Shown piece by piece: positions 61,101 through 64,000 of a DNA stretch of 64,000 bases (the stretch's first letter is position 1; the number at the start of each line of letters is the position of its first letter). The notes under the pieces are model-generated. The model was given only the letters and a program-made list of their open reading frames with translations. It was not told where the DNA came from and made no database searches. The DNA comes from Verrucomicrobiota bacterium. Its GTDB lineage: Bacteria > Verrucomicrobiota > Verrucomicrobiia > Limisphaerales > Palsa-1400. A program made the translations under genes and the position numbers. The stretch is taken from positions 19,591 through 83,590 of the forward strand of contig JBEKYR010000022.1 in NCBI GenBank assembly GCA_049510745.1. Reading direction: 5' to 3'.

Positions 61101-61723
61101 TGGGTGCGCCTTGGGCGATCACATCAACGGGCCTCAATAATTACAGTGCCGCCTGGCTCGACTCGACCGTCACCGGCGTCAGTGGCACCAACGTGATCGG
61201 CACCCTGTCCATCCCGCTGCCTTCCAACGCCACCGCCAACTCGGCGTATCGGGTCCACTTCAATCACTTCTCCGCCTCGCCCAACGGCCTGGCCCTCTTT
61301 CACGCCACCGTGCAGGACGGCTTGATCACCGTCGGCGACCGCTCCGGCTCCAGTTGGCGCGACGGCATCCCCGACACCTGGCGGCTGCTCTACTTCGGGA
61401 CCATCTCCAACGCGCTTTCCGCCGCCAATGCCGACCCTGACGGCGACGGCGCCTCCAACTGGCAGGAGTACGTCGCCGGGACCAATCCGCTGGACGCGAC
61501 GTCGGTTTTTCAATTCCTGCCCGCCTCGGCCCCCGCCGGAGGCAGCTTCACCCTGCAATGGCCGTCTGTTGTCAACAAACATTACACCGTGCAGAGCGCC
61601 CCCTCGCTGTTCGGCGGGTGGACGACGCTGGCGACCAACCTGCCCGGCAACGGCCAGACATTGCAATGGACGGACAGCAGCGCCGCCGCCGGCGCCCGCT
61701 ACTATCGCGCCCTGGTGCAGTAA
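58187..61723 (+). CDS. Large secreted protein C, paralog: NHL repeats, chitobiase-C-like, cohesin-dockerin-cohesin-like, C-terminal domain
   Basis: FNQPLGIVA, FNYPSGIASD, GDGVINVDDVYVTLRRSL, DPDGDGASNWQEYVAGTNP; ends RYYRALVQ. Confidence 0.85.
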   Translation: MSQHLYPSFGLSAGHRRLLGIVALTLLAAGAQAQFVATVVSSNLFEPNSVAVDINGNAYLTDASDNRIVKFIPSSGVASTLAGVSGQFSYGTNDGLGSAARFNQPLGIVAVSSGLVVVDQGNQELRFVSFAGAVSHFAGVAGVAGTNDGPGATANFNYPSGIASDGQGNFYVADQGNNLIRKIDSSTNVTTVSVTNGYQFNEPTGVAVDNNSNIWVADTGNNVICMISNQAVAVIAGTSGVSGFDDSTTASSALFSGPTGLLWVPVGPSLLIADTGNNVLRSLFLTNATGSVGYAVQTVVGVAGQAHLVDGAPGTAEFVAPVGLSVDPYDSGFYVVDRGANALRTYQPNAPQPQVSTPQIGYVSYPATAIPAYSSVFIPSTGATFNNLTNIVVNAETGTQTYVSYGQTGSAIPLPGPGSTQPLIYPGDGSTASQVAGSALVFGAGTNDITIYAVGEANGRRASAVASARFQFITANPVITGDNAAGILLTDSTVGSSLYYTTGASAPTNDGSSPGVASGTSLSLDITSNVTLQVRAFAAGMAASQVVSNQFSVSNVVGNQLTWGFSSGPVSTHFITALNLLFDAPVTFTELAGSLEIYTLQLDLTVTNNGATPPPALTPANFASDLLQPIPNVPNAYKPIPPGMFINGVTNAGVIDTQPNTLEIFWLVTPAVSNLYTSAELLQFSGAAQTLFDLDTVGVAVVGDLSFVVPAGATPGAPYTLQIRYPSASSYYAPQIGGPPINVFVQAPTNGPLTNTGLNSVKLVTVLSNNSPASAHLVGDVFPYTWYNIGDFGDGFLLNDDVIETMEYAGTRGFANNPFYDAMDSSDGTVNNYYTATDSTIDTITTGDGVINVDDVYVTLRRSLDPSLLNYQRIWSGSAWVPAVYTNSVQLSAKSSSPSRPPVKMALNGPRYITVAADQVQSGGNLTAQVPIRVLAADTLPVRVFMLNVDIEPLDGSPAVAGAVSFSPAAGLGAPWAITSTGLNNYSAAWLDSTVTGVSGTNVIGTLSIPLPSNATANSAYRVHFNHFSASPNGLALFHATVQDGLITVGDRSGSSWRDGIPDTWRLLYFGTISNALSAANADPDGDGASNWQEYVAGTNPLDATSVFQFLPASAPAGGSFTLQWPSVVNKHYTVQSAPSLFGGWTTLATNLPGNGQTLQWTDSSAAAGARYYRALVQ

Positions 61724-61726
61724 CGG

Positions 61727-63181
61727 CTATTGGATGGCCAATTCCTGCTTGATCTGGAATTTTTCCACGCGCTTGCGCAAGGTCGCGCGCGTGATGCCCA
61801 GCAATTGGGCCGCCCGCACCTGGTTGCCCTTGGTTTCCAAAAGCGCCTGGATGATCAACTCCCGCTCGACGGCCGGCAGGATTTTGAGCTTGGGATTTTC
61901 CCGCGCCCACTGGAAAAGCGTGCGGGTGAGGGATGCCAAATCCGCCGGGCGCTCCTGCTCGGGCGCGCGGGACGGCGCCGGCCCGCCGGCCTTCTCCGCC
62001 GCCGGCGCGGGTCCGGTGGAAATCAGCGGCGGCAGATCGCCGGGCAGGATGACATCGCCCTTGGCCATGACCAAGGCCCGCTGCATCACGTTCTCCAATT
62101 CGCGCACGTTTCCCGGCCAGTGGAAGCGCTCCAGCAACTCCACCGCCGGAGCGGCGATCGATTTGGGAGCGCGCCCCTGCTTCTGCCCGAATTTTTTCAG
62201 GAAATAATTGATCAACAGCGGAATGTCCGTCCGCCGGTCGCGCAAGGGCGGAATCTGAATCCGCACGACGTTGAGCCTGTAAAACAAATCCTCGCGGAAT
62301 TCCCGCGCCGCCACCGCTTGCTCCAGCGGCTTGTGCGTCGCGGCGATGACCCGCACATCGACCTGGATGGGCTGGTTGCCGCCCACCCGCTCGAACGAGC
62401 CGGATTGCAGCACCCGCAAAATTTTCGCCTGCGTCGAAAGCGTCATGTCGCCGATCTCATCCAGAAAAATCGTTCCGCCGTCGCATTGCTCGAATTTCCC
62501 GATCCGTTGCGCGGTCGCGCCGGTGAACGCTCCCTTTTCGTGTCCGAACAATTCGCTCTCCAGCAGATTCTCCGGGATGGCCGCGCAATTGATGGCCAGA
62601 AACGGCCGGCCGTTGCGCTTGCTGTGGTGATAAATGGCGCGCGCGACCAGTTCCTTGCCGGTCCCGCTCTCGCCGGTGATGAGGGCGGTGGCGTTGCTGC
62701 CCGCCAGTTGGCCGATGATCTTGAACACCTCCTGCATCGGCTCGCTCCGCCCGATGATGCCCACGTCGTAATCCTCCGATTCGAGCAGCGGCTCGTAGGA
62801 AACCACCTGCTTCATGTCCCGGGCGGCTTTGAGGGCGTTGAGGACGATTTGTTTCAGGCGCGGCACGTCGAAGGGCTTGAGCAAATAATCGTAGGCCCCC
62901 AGCTTCATCGCCTCGATGGCCGTCTGGGTCGTGCCGTAGGCCGTCATCATGATGACCATTTGTTTGGCGTCGAGCTGCCGGAGTCGGCGCAGGGTTTCCA
63001 GGCCGTTCATGCCGCCCATGCGCACGTCCATGATGACCAGGTCCGGTTTCAGGCGCGGAATGATTTTCAAGCCCTCCTCCCCGCTGGCCGCCGTGGTCAG
63101 CTCGATGTCCGGCTGGTCAAAGATGCGGCGAAACGAATACTGCACGTCCACTTCGTCGTCAATTAAGAGCAACTTATCCAT
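61727..63181 (-). CDS. Sigma-54-dependent response regulator (NtrC/AtoC family)
   Basis: Receiver, GESGTGKE, ESELFGHEKGAFTGA, WPGNVRELEN, Fis-type HTH. Confidence 0.96.
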   Translation of the reverse strand: MDKLLLIDDEVDVQYSFRRIFDQPDIELTTAASGEEGLKIIPRLKPDLVIMDVRMGGMNGLETLRRLRQLDAKQMVIMMTAYGTTQTAIEAMKLGAYDYLLKPFDVPRLKQIVLNALKAARDMKQVVSYEPLLESEDYDVGIIGRSEPMQEVFKIIGQLAGSNATALITGESGTGKELVARAIYHHSKRNGRPFLAINCAAIPENLLESELFGHEKGAFTGATAQRIGKFEQCDGGTIFLDEIGDMTLSTQAKILRVLQSGSFERVGGNQPIQVDVRVIAATHKPLEQAVAAREFREDLFYRLNVVRIQIPPLRDRRTDIPLLINYFLKKFGQKQGRAPKSIAAPAVELLERFHWPGNVRELENVMQRALVMAKGDVILPGDLPPLISTGPAPAAEKAGGPAPSRAPEQERPADLASLTRTLFQWARENPKLKILPAVERELIIQALLETKGNQVRAAQLLGITRATLRKRVEKFQIKQELAIQ

Positions 63182-63187
63182 GGGAGA

Positions 63188-63688
63188 CTACCCGCCGAAT
63201 TGGAGGCGCGGCTCGGATTTGAGCATCGCTTCCAGGTTTGGCCAGCGCACGTCGTTCATCGTGTAAAAGGCATTCAAATAGACGGCGGCCTCTTCGGCCG
63301 GGTACTTGGCCAGAACCTTGTCCACTGCGGCTCGCAGTTTGTCGTCCTCGACGCCGGCTGGCAAGTCTTCCACCGCCCCGTCTTTGTGGGCGATTCCCAG
63401 GCCGTCCAGGAAGTCGCCCAGCATGGCGGTTTGGCTCTTCATGAGCCATTCGCGCACGAGGTTGGCGGAAACCAGCTCCAGCCGGGGCCGGGCCAGCGCC
63501 GCCGCCATGCCGGCGTGGCGGGTCGAGCGCGGGCTGCGCTCCAGGAACGCCGGTCGCAACTTCCTGGATTCCGCCACCGCGCCCAGTGCGGTGCGATAAA
63601 GGTCCTTGTTGTTGTCGTGCGCGAATTCGATGATGCGCACTGCCAGGGCCGGAGACATGAAGCCAAACAATTCGTGCGATGTCAGCAT
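63188..63688 (-). CDS. Conserved-looking hypothetical protein (166 aa)
   Basis: Host-like codon usage; stops 6 bp before the NtrC start; FLDGLGIAHKDG motif. Confidence 0.7.
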   Translation of the reverse strand: MLTSHELFGFMSPALAVRIIEFAHDNNKDLYRTALGAVAESRKLRPAFLERSPRSTRHAGMAAALARPRLELVSANLVREWLMKSQTAMLGDFLDGLGIAHKDGAVEDLPAGVEDDKLRAAVDKVLAKYPAEEAAVYLNAFYTMNDVRWPNLEAMLKSEPRLQFGG

Positions 63689-63743
63689 ACCAAAACCTGG
63701 CGCCTAGACTAGAACGGCGCCGCGCGAACCGCAAGTCTTGGAT

Positions 63744-63796
63744 TGGGAGCGCGACCGTCTCGGTCGCAGCCGCCGGCGTCTCGCCGGCGGAAATCA
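63744..63796 (+). repeat. REP-like double hairpin
   Basis: GCGACCG-TCT-CGGTCGC then CCGCCGGCG-TCT-CGCCGGCGG. Confidence 0.75.
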
Positions 63797-63957
63797 CTTT
63801 GCGGCCAAATTCACCCCATGGTGAACAAAACAGGGATGTCGCTCAGGATTGGGGATTGGCAAGCGGGCCAAAAACTGCTCCAATTGGCCCGATGCCTTTT
63901 TGCCCCATGCCGAGCATGAGTTTTCACGGCTGGCTCATGAAGACGCGTCTGCGCCCC

Positions 63958-64000
63958 GGACGCGCGGCAGCGCGTCCCTACCACCCGAAATCTGGTAGGG
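63958..64000. repeat. REP-like element (GGACGCG..CGCGTCCCTACC...GGTAGGG), truncated at window edge
   Basis: GGACGCG/CGCGTCC hairpin followed by CCCTACCA and its inverted TGGTAGGG. Confidence 0.65.

Overview
High-GC bacterial chromosomal segment, most likely from a soil/freshwater Verrucomicrobiota (Pedosphaera/Limisphaerales-like). This is inferred from an H-X9-DG/DUF1559 prepilin-like gene, OB-repeat sensor kinases and secreted proteins ending in an RFY-R-type C-terminal module. Left to right: (1) an acyl-CoA dehydrogenase / ETF-oxidoreductase / etfBA operon interrupted by a truncated ORF6N gene and a VapBC-type TA pair bracketed by a duplicated gene end; (2) purF; (3) a glycan-utilisation-like locus without SusC/D (GH, prepilin-like protein, large CBM-like secreted protein, NarL-type two-component system, GH3); (4) a ~4.3 kb accessory patch with a low-GC membrane gene and a stand-alone Mu-type terminase pair (TerL + DUF3486/gp27-like), with no other phage genes, its own operator-bearing promoter and decamer repeats on both sides; (5) two ABC systems, one GldA/F/G + DUF4340-like; (6) housekeeping and transport genes (DHH phosphoesterase, tatD, sodA, PfkB kinase, TPAT-type TRAP, folP-cdaA-cdaR); (7) a PilN/O/P/secretin cassette followed directly by three ~1100-1240 aa paralogous NHL-repeat surface proteins, each with an apparent cohesin-dockerin-cohesin core; (8) an NtrC-family regulator. 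The best candidates for an undescribed system are the secretin plus cohesin/dockerin surface-protein operon, a shared ~70-aa C-terminal sorting-like domain on six secreted proteins, and the orphan regulated terminase cassette. No rRNA, tRNA or CRISPR array was recognised. All assignments come from reading motifs by eye; no searches were run.
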